This document shows, piece after piece, positions 39,801 to 49,321 of a DNA stretch of 64,000 nucleotides. Source of the DNA: Candidatus Dojkabacteria bacterium. Lineage in GTDB: Bacteria; Patescibacteriota; Dojkabacteria; SC72. The stretch lies in contig DUTP01000003.1 of the NCBI GenBank assembly GCA_012842045.1, positions 130,532 through 194,531 on the forward strand, in the 5' to 3' direction. The notes under the pieces are model-generated. The model saw only the letters and a program-made list of their open reading frames with translations, made no database searches and had not been told where the DNA came from. Made by a program: the position numbers and the translations under genes. Every line of letters begins with the position of its first letter. Positions within the stretch are counted from its first letter, which is position 1.

Positions 39801-41416
39801 GAACCATCTTGTGTGTTAGTGATTTCACACTCTGCAGTATCACCATTTTTAGTAATTTGAATATCTTTACATGTATTACTTACTAAGCTCCAACCTTCTG
39901 GTAATGTTTCTTCAATATTATATGTACCAGGCATCACATTGTATGTATGAGATTTGTTTATTCTAATCTTCCCAATGTTACTATTAGCATAATACAAGAA
40001 AGTAGGGGAACCGTTTATTGAAGGAGTACCACTACCTGTTATTGTAAATTCAGTATTATCATTATTAGAAGCTGGACTTAGAACTTTCTTGACAGTTATC
40101 TGACCTTGTGGAATTACACAGTTATTGTTATACACTGCTTGTCCATATTCACTCCAGTTAAGACCCTTGAAGTAGACTCCGTCATGTGACGTGAATGGAG
40201 GAATAATATCTCCCCATTCTACTGTTATACCTGGGAACCAAATATCACCAGTATGTCCTGCATGTCCATTTAAGTCTCCTGATGCATCAGGTTCAATTAC
40301 TTCATAAGGACTTTTATGAGATGCTGTCTTATGACAAATCTTAATTGTAGGAATAATACCTTTATAGTTTGCAGGATCACTTGCCGATAAATCATGAGAT
40401 GATGTAACTGTACCAATGTTAGTATAGTTACCTGCAATAGCTGTAGCACTTCCTGTACAGGTCATACTTGTACCTGGTTCTAATTCTGTTCCTGGGCATG
40501 TTACATCTACTTCTTTGTCATCTGTTACCACAATGTTTGTTAACTTTACATTACCTGTGTTTTGTACAATATACGTAAAGTTTACTGTTTCTCCTGCTGT
40601 CACCTCTACTGCTTCGCCAGGAGTATTTGCATCCTGTCCATTTACTTTCTTAACAATAGAGATAGCTGGTTTTTCAACTAAAACAGAACTTAGACGACCA
40701 ACCAAATATGCAACATTTTCTTTCTCCTCCTCTGTTACAAATTTATTAAGTGTAGCTCCATCAGGATAGGACTTTTTGAAACCATCTATCTTCAATGTAT
40801 ATTTCATATCTCCAATTTCGTAGACTTCTTCACCATAACCTCCGTTAGGGAAGGTTATTATATCATCACAAGGAGTTTTACTTACCTGGTTGTCTGTTCC
40901 GTAATAATCACAACTCGATAAATACTTAGTATTACTCGTTTCTTCAATACCAAACTTGTAAGAAAATGTAGGTGATGGAGAAATTTCTGGATTTGAGAAA
41001 TTCAAAGTAACTTTAAGTGTTGCACTATCAGCTTGAGTCCCTGCCCATGTTGCCCAGTTAAAGTGAGTAAAATCACCGATTAGGAATGGTTCATTAGCAT
41101 TGAAACTTGTTTCTCCTTTTCCATCAAATCTCAATCCACTTCTTTTACCTGTATTCACAGGATCCCCCCATCTAATCTCTTTTTTATTAAGTGGAGAGTG
41201 TGTTAGACCTGAACCACCAGTTATAGCAGTCCAAATTCCATTAGTAGAGGAAAGAGTATAAGAAGCAGCAAAAGCCGCCTTAGGAGTAATCTCACCTCCT
41301 ATATCTCTCAACTGACCAATGGCTAAAAATGATGGGGCAAAGTTATATCCTATCAAAAATAGGACTGTTGAAATCTTGTACAAAGACTTCAAAAAAGATT
41401 TTTTGTTGAACCTCAT
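33851..41416 (-). CDS. giant multidomain surface protein/adhesin (THxN-like N-domain, Ig/SpaA-like, SdrD-B-like and DUF11-like repeats; internal LPVTG)
   Basis: Signal peptide; WG...FTHFN; many TLTVxKxV...CTxTN repeats; ISGxKYxD repeats; LPVTG+TM at ~aa 2185; C-terminal TM. Confidence 0.85.
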   Translation of the reverse strand: MRFNKKSFLKSLYKISTVLFLIGYNFAPSFLAIGQLRDIGGEITPKAAFAASYTLSSTNGIWTAITGGSGLTHSPLNKKEIRWGDPVNTGKRSGLRFDGKGETSFNANEPFLIGDFTHFNWATWAGTQADSATLKVTLNFSNPEISPSPTFSYKFGIEETSNTKYLSSCDYYGTDNQVSKTPCDDIITFPNGGYGEEVYEIGDMKYTLKIDGFKKSYPDGATLNKFVTEEEKENVAYLVGRLSSVLVEKPAISIVKKVNGQDANTPGEAVEVTAGETVNFTYIVQNTGNVKLTNIVVTDDKEVDVTCPGTELEPGTSMTCTGSATAIAGNYTNIGTVTSSHDLSASDPANYKGIIPTIKICHKTASHKSPYEVIEPDASGDLNGHAGHTGDIWFPGITVEWGDIIPPFTSHDGVYFKGLNWSEYGQAVYNNNCVIPQGQITVKKVLSPASNNDNTEFTITGSGTPSINGSPTFLYYANSNIGKIRINKSHTYNVMPGTYNIEETLPEGWSLVSNTCKDIQITKNGDTAECEITNTQDGSLTIVKKALPYGTESFGFTLTGDHSVNEEFNLVDNSDTEDASKTFSLKAGKYAVAEDDYSDDWKTTYSCTGNNTIDNIVLEAGKSVTCTFTNTKYGSISGHKYHDLDGLASTTKDRKPVYKYTIFIDTNKNGVLDPGEKSTETALDGSYSFTGLEPGEYRIVEVMKVGWIVLPGTSTAWTIKLSAGEDKKNVDFINIEKPTIEVIKFVDIDGDGEVDERYVTDWTWKLDDKEYKMFGKEEKPMEIMPGTYTISEVQKDGYTVKSMMCDNGGVKFFEEKTEGTKLTINSGDKILCRFTNTRDTGTLIVRKEVINDNGGKLKAGEFSFKIGTSKGVGFDQDPTNPLLGENRFEKYPTGIYSIIEPEANTRGYTTTYDNCDKIVVEKGKEAVCTITNDDVAPTLTVIKKVVNDNGGTATANDFEIKLNGDELKFKTWPGEVGKYTYTYFATPEVKSNTKYELEEIDHPGYKEGKWSCTDDKTGKIIGGYQFSLTEGQKVTCAITNDDIAPSLELVKEVDNKYGGSAQITDWTLTATGPTTISGDSGVKSKDNFKAGTYTLSETAKEGISGYEAGDWDCTNDIIVNDNNQITLEVGQTTVCTIKNTEIQPTLTLVKTVENNHGGLKQVADFKLYIGDTEVTSGKAHKVNSGVEYTVSEDQLDGYTASTWGGDCSADGKITLNSGENKTCTITNSDSQSKITVIKKVINDHGGTATVDDFNITLTDSTLEFDAGVKEGDTTTYTATVFGDVNKEYTLSETVAGTGYDMESLECSLGSNGVFTLPEGEDVTCTIVNNDIQPTLTVKKVVDNGTYGDKQVSDFTLYVSGNKVTNGEVNKFNAGDYTVSEDNLDGYVATFSGDCDLDGDVTLNVGDNKVCTITNRSTHGKIIIKKLVEPRGDKTKFTFTGDLTGTIGNNGTIQKIVIPGDYSVTEQSVKGWNLKSLVCDDTDSVKDGYTANIKVGDNETVTCTFTNEKLGSISGFKYEDRNGNGKWDVLPLFSELPLRGWTIFIDKNDNGVLDIGERFTKTNILGYYEFNNLPVGETYIIREVQKDGWTQTSANPAPITIAAGDVRIFVNFGNFKDATINVTKDVVGVDGKTNVVDTHEFTALLNNNEDTGKTIAEGTIATYKVVNGKHTISEVEDENYTTLGCFIGKKEFTNYSVRSGETYNVVCKNAQKPATINVTKNVVDVNGKDVVDTTHFKSILTDEDGNQVAEEQKIGEALPPATYTINTMGLYTISEPYSQFFENLGCTILLEGNEVPFTNYSVRSGGKYDVVCTNKQKTATIEVTKDVVGINGEEVKDPTEFTSILSDSDGNQIGEGQIAEGTKVEYKINEMGRYTVSELSDEDYENLGCTVLQSNGEEVLFENYRVRSGGRYRVTCKNAQLPATLIVTKDVVNSEGEDVDGDIFSDDQFDVVLGAETKQIADTANGKQPAIFEGLQPGVHTFTETPKEGYTFGGCTDDGEVTLGSNQTLEVECINKVIDPILQIEKSNDAVVALSAGDIVTYTITVTAPDDGGEGTYILNNVIVSDIAPAGFEYMLGSWTVEKNSVDITGEVPEPTYDGENAAQWMIGGMKEGDVVVLTYQTKIFDKQDPGNYPDIAWVAGTSLIDGAVLGASVVDPLTPFVGTNVTITEPVETEEGEVLGASITLPVTGASTYLTLGALIMMILGAITLLLKPFKKLSYALLTGLMALSFVTLLTPNRVLAADSIKVRIMQPATPTNKTSFNVGFVALDLNNKEVTVECYKDGTLFKTIPNANAGNCPATVDASGTYTFYVIAKSASGEQKSEDAIVVVDLVKPSPVIDYSKAGNVIKFKTGNDAKVVKVEIHRSTTPKYTANKSTWVHTENVSPNTEYSWTDTTAETGKIYYYALRTVDAVGNVSTIVSDPEVVAEEVPATTGTGTTATTTPTEGEVAGQTDTKKEGEVAGETDDITEGEDTEVKKTEEGKEKVDIKETGKNILSKWYFWVIVVVVIGGVAFYVRKQKSN
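35640..36575 (-). repeat. about three tandem ~100-aa intragenic repeats
   Basis: ATIxVTKxVV...ENxxxLGC/ENLGC...NYxVRSG..YxVxCxN units; DNA motif CCACTTCTTAC recurs. Confidence 0.6.
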
Positions 41417-41462
41417 TAATTTGTTATTTAAAAATTAATAAAAATAAAGTTATCATAACCAT

Positions 41463-41519
41463 ATGCAGAGACAATACTCTACATGTTTGGATTATACCAA
41501 AACCCTATAAGATTTTCAA
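41463..41519 (-). promoter_or_regulatory. promoter and 5'-UTR hairpin of the giant surface protein gene
   Basis: TTGAAA-17-TATAAT with extended TGn on minus strand; hairpin AUGUAGAG/CUCUGCAU at 41463-41484. Confidence 0.55.
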
Positions 41520-41547
41520 TACCCATAGATGCCCTTGATAACAATAC

Positions 41548-41576
41548 AAAAAAGAGGAGGTATTTCTACCTCCTCT
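41548..41576 (-). terminator. intrinsic terminator of RRM gene
   Basis: AGAGGAGGTA-GAAA-TACCTCCTCT followed by T-run. Confidence 0.85.
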
Positions 41577-41598
41577 GCAATTCCTAGATTAAAAAAGA

Positions 41599-41859
41599 TT
41601 ACTCTTCCTTTCTCTCTTCTCTGGCTAAAGAAACATTGACAGCTCTGCCATCAATCTCTTTACCATTCATTTCAGTCATTGCTTTCTGTGCTTCATCTTC
41701 TGTAGAAAAAGTAACAAATCCAAAACCTTTGGATCTATTCTTCATTCTATCAATGATAACTACTGCTTCTTCAACAGTACCAAATGGAGCAAATGCTTCC
41801 TTCAACTCCTCGTCTCTAACGTTCCAGCTGAGGTTGCCTACAAATAACTTTTTACCCAT
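41599..41859 (-). CDS. RNA-binding protein (RRM/RNP-1)
   Basis: KLFVGNL (RNP2), KGFGFVTF (RNP1). Confidence 0.95.
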   Translation of the reverse strand: MGKKLFVGNLSWNVRDEELKEAFAPFGTVEEAVVIIDRMKNRSKGFGFVTFSTEDEAQKAMTEMNGKEIDGRAVNVSLAREERKEE

Positions 41860-42056
41860 TATTTATATATAAATAAAAATTAAATTCGCTACACCACAAA
41901 TATGGGAGATTACACTCTAAGCAGTCTATCACAGAAAGCTTCCATAGCTACCTATATTATACCATAAATTCTGGATGTAAAGATAGTACTCAATCCCTCT
42001 TCTCATCATATACACAATTGTTTGCTTGCTCTACCTATTTGTTGTATATTTTAATC

Positions 42057-43415
42057 ATGTCAAAACTGTCCGTTTTAGAAAAAAATGCATATATCAATAT
42101 CTTAATTAAAGATAATGGTATCTGGGCACATCTTGCATATACAGATTTTAATGCTAACAGAGAATATATTCTTTCTGATTATACTGATTTAAATGCTCTC
42201 AAATTCCTACTAGATGATAATGTGTTCACTAAAGAATTCTGGTTTGAATATTTTGATACCATTGAAAAAGTTTTTGATTGGGATATTGTAGACAAAGATA
42301 AGGATTCTGTTTTCACTTTCAGAGATTTTAAGGCAGAGGGAGATGGAGTATCTGGTGTAAGAGTACAGATAGATGACAATCAAGATTTTTTCACTGAGAT
42401 ATTCAACTCTGTTAGAGATTTCTCAAATGAAGTATCTCTTAGAGTCATAGATGATGCATATTTAGAAACTATGCTTAAAGGTCTCTCTCAAAGAATAGAT
42501 ATCGATGACCTTCTAGTAGTAGACATGGATCTCTTTCACTTTTCAGTATTTAGAGTAACTGCAGAGTATGAAAAAGGAAGACCCACAGGGCATCAGATTT
42601 TCTCAAAGTCTAAAATGTCATGGAAAGATGAAATACCATTAATTGATTCTATCAAAGATGCTAGATTTGGAGCATTTCTTTCTACAGAACTCTCAGAGAA
42701 AAACCTTCAAAACACATGGGCAAACTTTGTGATTGACAGACCAATCTTTGTACAAGACAGACCTCTTCTTGATATTGTAAGGTCATATGCTACTATTCAA
42801 AACTTCTCTCTTTTTAGAGACAACAGAAAGAAAATAGAGACATTTGGTAGAGAATATACCAGAAGTGCAATGATTATCACTGGTAATATTCCAAGAGTAT
42901 TAGGTAAGTCTAAAACTCTAATGACCATTATTGACGGTTTAGAAATTACTGGTAATTTTGACTGCTATTTTGACCTAGACCTAAGAACAATTGCATATGG
43001 TAAATCATATGTAGAGATGACTGAAAGTACTGACATCATATTAACTAGAAGTTCTCTCCTTCCCAGAGTGACAAAAGTGATTATCCCTCAAACAAAACCA
43101 GGAATGAAGAACAGGGTTGTATTTAGTGGAAAAGTACAAGGTATTGATACAGAACAAACCGATTTCTATGCTCTCTCATCTCAATTCACAATGATCGAGA
43201 TGCCTCCTCATGAGAACAGATTATTAATTGAAGGTTCTTTTAGAAATGGTGTAAAAACTATACCTCTTGGAGAAACAAAAATTAATTACATGTCCACACC
43301 TGAAAGTACAAAGATAGGTTCTATACTTTTTGATTGTAGACCTAGACCCATTGTATATGGTCCAGATGCTCATTCAAACAAACTTAAATTACAGTTATGG
43401 TTAAATGATTATTAA
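42057..43415 (+). CDS. GlmL (glutamate mutase L)-like hypothetical protein
   Basis: Start refined to ATG 42057; IITG...IIDGLE..G and C-terminal LFDCRPRPI resemble GlmL-like family. Confidence 0.45.
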   Translation: MSKLSVLEKNAYINILIKDNGIWAHLAYTDFNANREYILSDYTDLNALKFLLDDNVFTKEFWFEYFDTIEKVFDWDIVDKDKDSVFTFRDFKAEGDGVSGVRVQIDDNQDFFTEIFNSVRDFSNEVSLRVIDDAYLETMLKGLSQRIDIDDLLVVDMDLFHFSVFRVTAEYEKGRPTGHQIFSKSKMSWKDEIPLIDSIKDARFGAFLSTELSEKNLQNTWANFVIDRPIFVQDRPLLDIVRSYATIQNFSLFRDNRKKIETFGREYTRSAMIITGNIPRVLGKSKTLMTIIDGLEITGNFDCYFDLDLRTIAYGKSYVEMTESTDIILTRSSLLPRVTKVIIPQTKPGMKNRVVFSGKVQGIDTEQTDFYALSSQFTMIEMPPHENRLLIEGSFRNGVKTIPLGETKINYMSTPESTKIGSILFDCRPRPIVYGPDAHSNKLKLQLWLNDY

Positions 43416-44436
43416 ACATCAAATAGTTAATGAATACACAAACTACAAAGTGAAAATTCCTTTTAAGTCTACCGATGATGTCTTAGTTAAAAGTGGAGAT
43501 AAATTGAAAGTTGGTGATGAACTCTTGAAAAGGAAGGAGAGTTCAAAGTTGTATTCCTTCTATGTACCAGATGAGATTCCAGTCAGAGCACAAGATGTGA
43601 AGAAATATGCTACATGCATACATGGTGAGTTAGTTAAGGAGGGAGATGTTTTAGTTGAAAAAGAAATGACAGGAGGACTAACAGTTAAGAAACTAATTTC
43701 TCCAACAGATGGTGTAGTAGATATGGACAGAGTAGAGAGTGGATATATCGATATACTTGGAGATGAAGACATTAAAACATTTAAGAGTTCTTTTACTGGA
43801 GATGTATTAGACGCCAATTTAGTTGATGGTATCGTGCTAGATGCAAAAGCATATGCCATGGATATTAAAATTGTTTCTAAAATGTATCAGGAAGGTCATA
43901 GTGAAAGTAAGAAGATATTTGGTGAATTTGTTACGGTAGGAGATGGTGATAACCTACTACTCAAAGCAGACCAGAAGGACTATACAAACAAAATTGTTTT
44001 TGCAGGAAAATATTTACATACATCGTTGTTACAAGACCTTTTTGAAAAAGGTGCAGCTTTTGTTTTAACATACTCTATGGAGTATTCAGACTTTAGAAGA
44101 CAAACATTACCTCTTGGTATACTTGGAGGTTTTGGTGAAATATCATGTGGAGATAGTATTCTCTCTCTAATTACATCAAAAAAAGGTGTACTATCTGTTG
44201 TAGACTTAGAAGAAAGACAGATCTTTTTCCTTTCAGATTACAGAGCAGGGAAAAAAGAGAAAAGTTTTCTGCTAAATGCAAAAGGTGCTACTGTAAGGTC
44301 TCTTGCACTTTCAAACTATTCTATGATTGGAAAGGTTATAGATACAGAAGAGGAAGCTGGATATATTTCAGTAGAGTGGGAGAATGGTTCTAAGGGTATA
44401 GCGAATATTGGTGCGGTGGAATTTATCTCCCTTTAG
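43405..44436 (+). CDS. hypothetical protein with barrel-sandwich-hybrid-like repeats, GlmL-associated
   Basis: VLVKSGD..KVGD.L, GELVKEGDVL, SPTDGVV, GGFG. Confidence 0.5.
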   Translation: MIIKHQIVNEYTNYKVKIPFKSTDDVLVKSGDKLKVGDELLKRKESSKLYSFYVPDEIPVRAQDVKKYATCIHGELVKEGDVLVEKEMTGGLTVKKLISPTDGVVDMDRVESGYIDILGDEDIKTFKSSFTGDVLDANLVDGIVLDAKAYAMDIKIVSKMYQEGHSESKKIFGEFVTVGDGDNLLLKADQKDYTNKIVFAGKYLHTSLLQDLFEKGAAFVLTYSMEYSDFRRQTLPLGILGGFGEISCGDSILSLITSKKGVLSVVDLEERQIFFLSDYRAGKKEKSFLLNAKGATVRSLALSNYSMIGKVIDTEEEAGYISVEWENGSKGIANIGAVEFISL

Positions 44437-44486
44437 AGTATAATTTTGTTTGTCTATATATTAAATTTTCTTAACAATCTATAAAC

Positions 44487-45710
44487 ATGGAGAAAGAAAG
44501 AAATGGTGGAAAAATATTTGGGACAGCTCTTCTATTAGTAGCTACTTTTGTTGTAGGTATATTTTTTGGTAGAAATATTTCAGAAAAACAAGCTGCTAAT
44601 TTTTTAAAATTTCCAGCTAAAACAGGTAGAGCAGATTTAACAACATTTTGGAATGTATGGGATACAACAAGAAGAAACTATGTTGATGCAGAGAAACTAG
44701 ATGAGAAAGAGCTAGTATACGGAGCTATAAAAGGGATGGTCAATTCCATAGACGATATGGGAACTGTATATTTAGACCCCGAAGAAACAAAGGAGTTTGA
44801 TGCTTCTTCCGAGGGTAAATATTTTGAAGGTATAGGTGCTGAATTAGGATATGTAAATGGACAGGTAGTAGTAGTAGCACCTATTGAAGGTTCTCCTGCA
44901 AAAGAAGCTGGTATTAGACCTGGTGACTTAATCTTGAAAGTAGATGACTATACTCTTTCTTCCAGTGATTCTGTTTACGATGCAGTAGCGAAGATAAGAG
45001 GAGAAGCAGGAACTTCTGTTAAACTAAATATCTTACATAAAGGAGATAAAAACCCTATTGATATTACAATCACGAGAAGTGAGATTACCGTTCCTAGTAT
45101 GACATTAGACTTTATTGGCGATAAGAAAGATATTGCACATTTGAAAGTTAGCAGATTTACAGAGGCTACTCTTTTGAATTGGCAAAACAAATGGCACAAC
45201 AGTGTATTAGAGATTAATGCCAGAAATATTGATAAGGTAATAATAGATTTAAGAAGTAATCCTGGAGGTTTCTTTGATGCAGCAGTATTTGCAGCAGATG
45301 ACATCTTAGATGAAGGGTATATTATCTCCAAACAACAGGATGCCAAGGGCAATATAGTTGAATTTAAGTCGGAGAAAGGTGGAGAGCTACTAGGTAAGAA
45401 AATTGTTGTACTAATAGATAATGGGAGTGCTTCAGCATCAGAGATTCTCTCAGGTGCATTACAACAAACAGATAATATTAAAATAATCGGTTCTAAGACA
45501 TTTGGTAAAGGAACAGCACAAAAAATCTTTGATTTTCCAGATGGGTCTACTTTACACTTAACAACTATTAAATGGCTCTTACCTAATGGTAAACAGATAG
45601 ACAAGGACAACCCAATTATCCCTGATATTGAAGTTGCATATACAAATGCTGATTTTGAAAAAGGGGTTGATCCTCAATTGGACAGAGCAATAGAGGAAAT
45701 TAGTAAATAA
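44487..45710 (+). CDS. C-terminal processing peptidase, S41 family with PDZ
   Basis: FEGIGA, IIDLRSNPGG, SASASEI, TFGKG. Confidence 0.93.
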   Translation: MEKERNGGKIFGTALLLVATFVVGIFFGRNISEKQAANFLKFPAKTGRADLTTFWNVWDTTRRNYVDAEKLDEKELVYGAIKGMVNSIDDMGTVYLDPEETKEFDASSEGKYFEGIGAELGYVNGQVVVVAPIEGSPAKEAGIRPGDLILKVDDYTLSSSDSVYDAVAKIRGEAGTSVKLNILHKGDKNPIDITITRSEITVPSMTLDFIGDKKDIAHLKVSRFTEATLLNWQNKWHNSVLEINARNIDKVIIDLRSNPGGFFDAAVFAADDILDEGYIISKQQDAKGNIVEFKSEKGGELLGKKIVVLIDNGSASASEILSGALQQTDNIKIIGSKTFGKGTAQKIFDFPDGSTLHLTTIKWLLPNGKQIDKDNPIIPDIEVAYTNADFEKGVDPQLDRAIEEISK

Positions 45711-45730
45711 ATTTAAAATAAAAAAAAGTT

Positions 45731-46972
45731 ATGGAAGAAAAGAAACAAGAGAAGAAAACAGAAGAAGAGAAGAAGGAAGCAAAGAAAGAAGTTAAGCAGG
45801 AAGAAGTTAAAGAGATAGAGAAGAAAGAAAAGGAGAAAGTTTGTACAAAAAACATCACTAATTCTCTTAAATATATTTTACTTGGAATTCTTCTGTATGT
45901 TTTACTAATAATTCTTACAGTCTCTCTAACCCTCCACTTCATATTCAAGGATGGAAGTACAGTAAAAGAATATCTTAAAGAGTCTTCTGATAAATCAGAT
46001 AACAACATAGAACTTCTTGTTACAGAACAAGAAAAGAATGTTATTGATATTGTCAAGCAGAGTCAGGAATCAGTAGTTAGTATTGCTGTCTCTCAAATTG
46101 CTTTAGAGCAAGGTCAAGGTTTGGTTGATACTACAAATAAAATAGGAACAGGCTTTATCGTTGATGAGAGTGGTATTGTTATCACTAATCAGCATGTGGT
46201 GTCTGATAGAAATTCTGATTACAAGGTTGTTAATAGTCATGGTGATGAATTTGTAGTAACAACAATTTTAAGAGATGATATATCCGACATAGCATTATTA
46301 AGAATTGATAAAGGAGATAAAGAACTAAAAGCTCTTAAACTTGGAGATTCTGACAAGTTAGTTGTTGGACAAAATGTTCTAGCTATTGGTACACCTCTTG
46401 GAGAGTTTGCAGGAAGTGTAACAACAGGAATTATCAGTGGATTAAACAGAACAGTCTCAGCAGGACAATCTTGGTTTGGAAGTACAATAAAGACATATGA
46501 AGGAGTTATTCAAACAGATGCTGCAATCAACCCAGGCAATTCTGGTGGACCATTGATAAACTCACAAGGAGAAGTTATAGGTGTCAATTTTGCTACTACA
46601 CAAGGAGTAGATAATATTTCATTTGCTTTACCAATAAATAATGTAAAAAACAGGCTAGAGGAATACAAAACACATGGCAAGTTTATAAGACCATATCTAG
46701 GAGTATCATATCAAATGATTTCTGCATATGAAGCACTATACTATAAAAATGTTGTTCCCGGAGCATTAGTTGTTAGAGTTGAGCCAATATCTCCAGCTTT
46801 CGTTGCAGGAATTAGAAAGGGAGACATTATTACACAATTTGGAGAAAAGAAAGTAGACAGGTCTCTTGCAGAATTAATACAACAACATAAAGTAGGAGAA
46901 GAAGTAGAAGTAAAAGTAACAAGAGAAGGTAAAGATCAAGTATTTAAAGTAAAATTAGGAGAAATGGAATAG
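45731..46972 (+). CDS. HtrA/DegP-like serine protease with PDZ
   Basis: TNQHV, DIA, IQTDAAINPGNSGGPL, PDZ domain. Confidence 0.93.
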   Translation: MEEKKQEKKTEEEKKEAKKEVKQEEVKEIEKKEKEKVCTKNITNSLKYILLGILLYVLLIILTVSLTLHFIFKDGSTVKEYLKESSDKSDNNIELLVTEQEKNVIDIVKQSQESVVSIAVSQIALEQGQGLVDTTNKIGTGFIVDESGIVITNQHVVSDRNSDYKVVNSHGDEFVVTTILRDDISDIALLRIDKGDKELKALKLGDSDKLVVGQNVLAIGTPLGEFAGSVTTGIISGLNRTVSAGQSWFGSTIKTYEGVIQTDAAINPGNSGGPLINSQGEVIGVNFATTQGVDNISFALPINNVKNRLEEYKTHGKFIRPYLGVSYQMISAYEALYYKNVVPGALVVRVEPISPAFVAGIRKGDIITQFGEKKVDRSLAELIQQHKVGEEVEVKVTREGKDQVFKVKLGEME

Positions 46973-47740
46973 TACAAATCTATCCTTATCTCTAAAATCT
47001 TTAAATACTTTCTCTATCTGTTTGTAATTCTTCTTTAGGATGGATAGAGTAGAGGGTTCAATTTCAATTAACAGATAAATATTTTTCTTTCCAGACTTTT
47101 CTATCTTTCTAATTAATTCTTTGTAGTAAAAAAGTCCATCTTCTTTACCATCAAGAGCTATTCTAGGTTCAAAATCTTTAACACTACAATCCAAATTCTC
47201 ATACATATCTGTTGGAACATATGGTAAATTAGCAACTATCAAAGAATTAGATTGGATATCTAAAGAATCTATCAAATCAACCTCCTTTAGTTCAATGATT
47301 TCTTCTAAACCGTGATGCTTTATATTCTTCCTTGCCACATCCAAAGCTTTCTGACTTACATCTGTTGCCAGAAACTGCAAATTTCCTCTCTTTTTAGCAA
47401 TTGAAATGGCTATACAACCACTCCCACAACCGATATCAATAACTCTTTTCAAATCAATATATTTATCAAGAATATCTAATGCAATATCAACAAGCTGCTC
47501 AGTCTCAATTCTAGGAATTAATGTATCCTCTGTGACAAAAATTTCATTACCACAAAACTCTGTAACACCTAAAACATATTCCCATGGCTTACCACTTCCT
47601 ATCTCCTTCAAAACATCTTCTATATCTATATTCTTATCAACAGAATATGTATAAATCTCATTACTAATCCTAGACACATCAAAGTAACCAGCCTTTTTTA
47701 ATGCATTCTGTATTTTGAAAAGCTCTTTAAGATTACTCAT
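46955..47740 (-). CDS. prmC: release factor glutamine methyltransferase
   Basis: [37 protein letters not shown]; downstream of prfA. Confidence 0.9.
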   Translation of the reverse strand: MSNLKELFKIQNALKKAGYFDVSRISNEIYTYSVDKNIDIEDVLKEIGSGKPWEYVLGVTEFCGNEIFVTEDTLIPRIETEQLVDIALDILDKYIDLKRVIDIGCGSGCIAISIAKKRGNLQFLATDVSQKALDVARKNIKHHGLEEIIELKEVDLIDSLDIQSNSLIVANLPYVPTDMYENLDCSVKDFEPRIALDGKEDGLFYYKELIRKIEKSGKKNIYLLIEIEPSTLSILKKNYKQIEKVFKDFRDKDRFVLFHFS

Positions 47741-48824
47741 CCTTCAAAAGTTCGTTTTGAATACCATTCCTAACATCTTCGATAATTTCTTGGATATTAC
47801 CATTCAAAACCTCTTCAAGATTATGCCAAGAAAGTTTAACCCTATGGTCTGTAATTCTATTCTGTGGGAAATTGTAAGTTCTAATCTTCTCAGCTCTCAT
47901 ACCAGAACCTATCTGAGAAGACCTTATATCAGACCTTTTCTCTGCCTCTTTCTGCTTCTTTAAATCGTAAAGCCTAGACCTTAAAATTGCCATAGCTTTA
48001 TCTTTATTTTGCTGTTGATGCTTTGTTTCCTGACAACTAACAACAATACCAGAAGGAATATGAGTTATTCTAACAGCAGAATCTGTTCTGTTTACACACT
48101 GACCACCTGCACCAGATGCTCTCATGACATCAATCCTTAAATCAGCAGGATCAATCTCAACATCTACATCTTTTGCTTCTGGTAATATAGCGACAGAAGC
48201 TGTAGAAGTGTGAATTCTGCCAGAAGACTCTGTAGAGGGAACTCTCTGAACTCTATGTACACCACTTTCATACTTTAAATCCTTAAAAACACCATTTCCT
48301 TCTATCTGTGCAATAACTTCCTTGTAGCCACCACCCTCAGTAACATTACTGTCAATAATTCCAATATTCCAACCCTTTGTAGTAGCATAGTTCTTATACA
48401 TTCTAAAAAGATCAGCAGCAAAAAGAGCAGCCTCATCACCACCAGCACCAGCCCTTATCTCAAGAATTACAGACCTATTATCATCTTCATCAACAAACAT
48501 CCTAGAAACTTGAAGGTCATGTATCTCTTTATCTAACACACCAATCCTTTCTTCTAAATTTACAATCTCTTCAAGAGCCATCTCCTTTAACTCTAAATCC
48601 TGTTCATTATCAGCAAGACCTCTAGTACTTTCCAAATCCTCAATAGCTTTCTGTATTTGAGAAGTTTTGAATGCAAGGTCTGAATAATAGGCAAGCTCAG
48701 AACTCAAAAAAGACAAATCCTTTCCTCCATTTGCAACTCCTTCTTGCATTTCTTTTTCAAGTTCCTTTACCTTCTCCTGTGCACTACCATCACTATATTT
48801 TTTCTTTAATGCTTTAACATCCAT
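47733..48824 (-). CDS. prfA: peptide chain release factor 1
   Basis: [23 protein letters not shown] (PxT), [19 protein letters not shown]; start refined to ATG 48824. Confidence 0.95.
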   Translation of the reverse strand: MDVKALKKKYSDGSAQEKVKELEKEMQEGVANGGKDLSFLSSELAYYSDLAFKTSQIQKAIEDLESTRGLADNEQDLELKEMALEEIVNLEERIGVLDKEIHDLQVSRMFVDEDDNRSVILEIRAGAGGDEAALFAADLFRMYKNYATTKGWNIGIIDSNVTEGGGYKEVIAQIEGNGVFKDLKYESGVHRVQRVPSTESSGRIHTSTASVAILPEAKDVDVEIDPADLRIDVMRASGAGGQCVNRTDSAVRITHIPSGIVVSCQETKHQQQNKDKAMAILRSRLYDLKKQKEAEKRSDIRSSQIGSGMRAEKIRTYNFPQNRITDHRVKLSWHNLEEVLNGNIQEIIEDVRNGIQNELLKDE

Positions 48825-48861
48825 AGTACATAATACCAATTAAAACTATCTTGGGGAACTG

Positions 48862-49200
48862 TTACTTAGAGATTTTTGCATTCTCTAACATATCTCTCAA
48901 AGAGAGTGTTGTAGCAGGTTTAGAAGAAAGATTTTCCATCTTCGCTCTTCTCTTTGCCATTTTCTCCTTTTTACTAGAGAATGACATCTTCTTAGATTTC
49001 TCCAATCTCTCCTCAAACTTCCTTACAACATTATCTGTATCAACAATCTTCTGCTCACCAGTATAAAAAGGATGACATTTAGAACAGATATCAATTGTTA
49101 CACTATCATCCTGAAGTGTAGAACCAGTAGTAAAAGAATTGCCACAAGAGCAAGTGACTACCAAATTACTGTTATATTGTGGGTGTATATCTTTTTTCAT
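48862..49200 (-). CDS. rpmE: 50S ribosomal protein L31 (Zn-binding type) with C-terminal extension
   Basis: [23 protein letters not shown]. Confidence 0.95.
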   Translation of the reverse strand: MKKDIHPQYNSNLVVTCSCGNSFTTGSTLQDDSVTIDICSKCHPFYTGEQKIVDTDNVVRKFEERLEKSKKMSFSSKKEKMAKRRAKMENLSSKPATTLSLRDMLENAKISK

Positions 49201-49321
49201 AACTAGGGTGGATTATACATTGGGTAATCTGTCATGTCAATTATTAAAACCAAAGAAAATACTTGTGATATTGTATAGATATTGTATACTGTATATATAC
49301 ATATAGATTAGAACTGCCTAC

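Noticed and set aside
41860-41960. Long 5' UTR of the RRM gene as a thermosensor or riboswitch
   Set aside because: No convincing stable structure or known motif could be identified by eye.
44975-45610. Long antisense ORFs (also 11488-12018, 30584-31150, 58290-58841, 33479-33934 and similar)
   Set aside because: Lie opposite well-supported genes, lack motifs, and are typical reverse-frame shadows.
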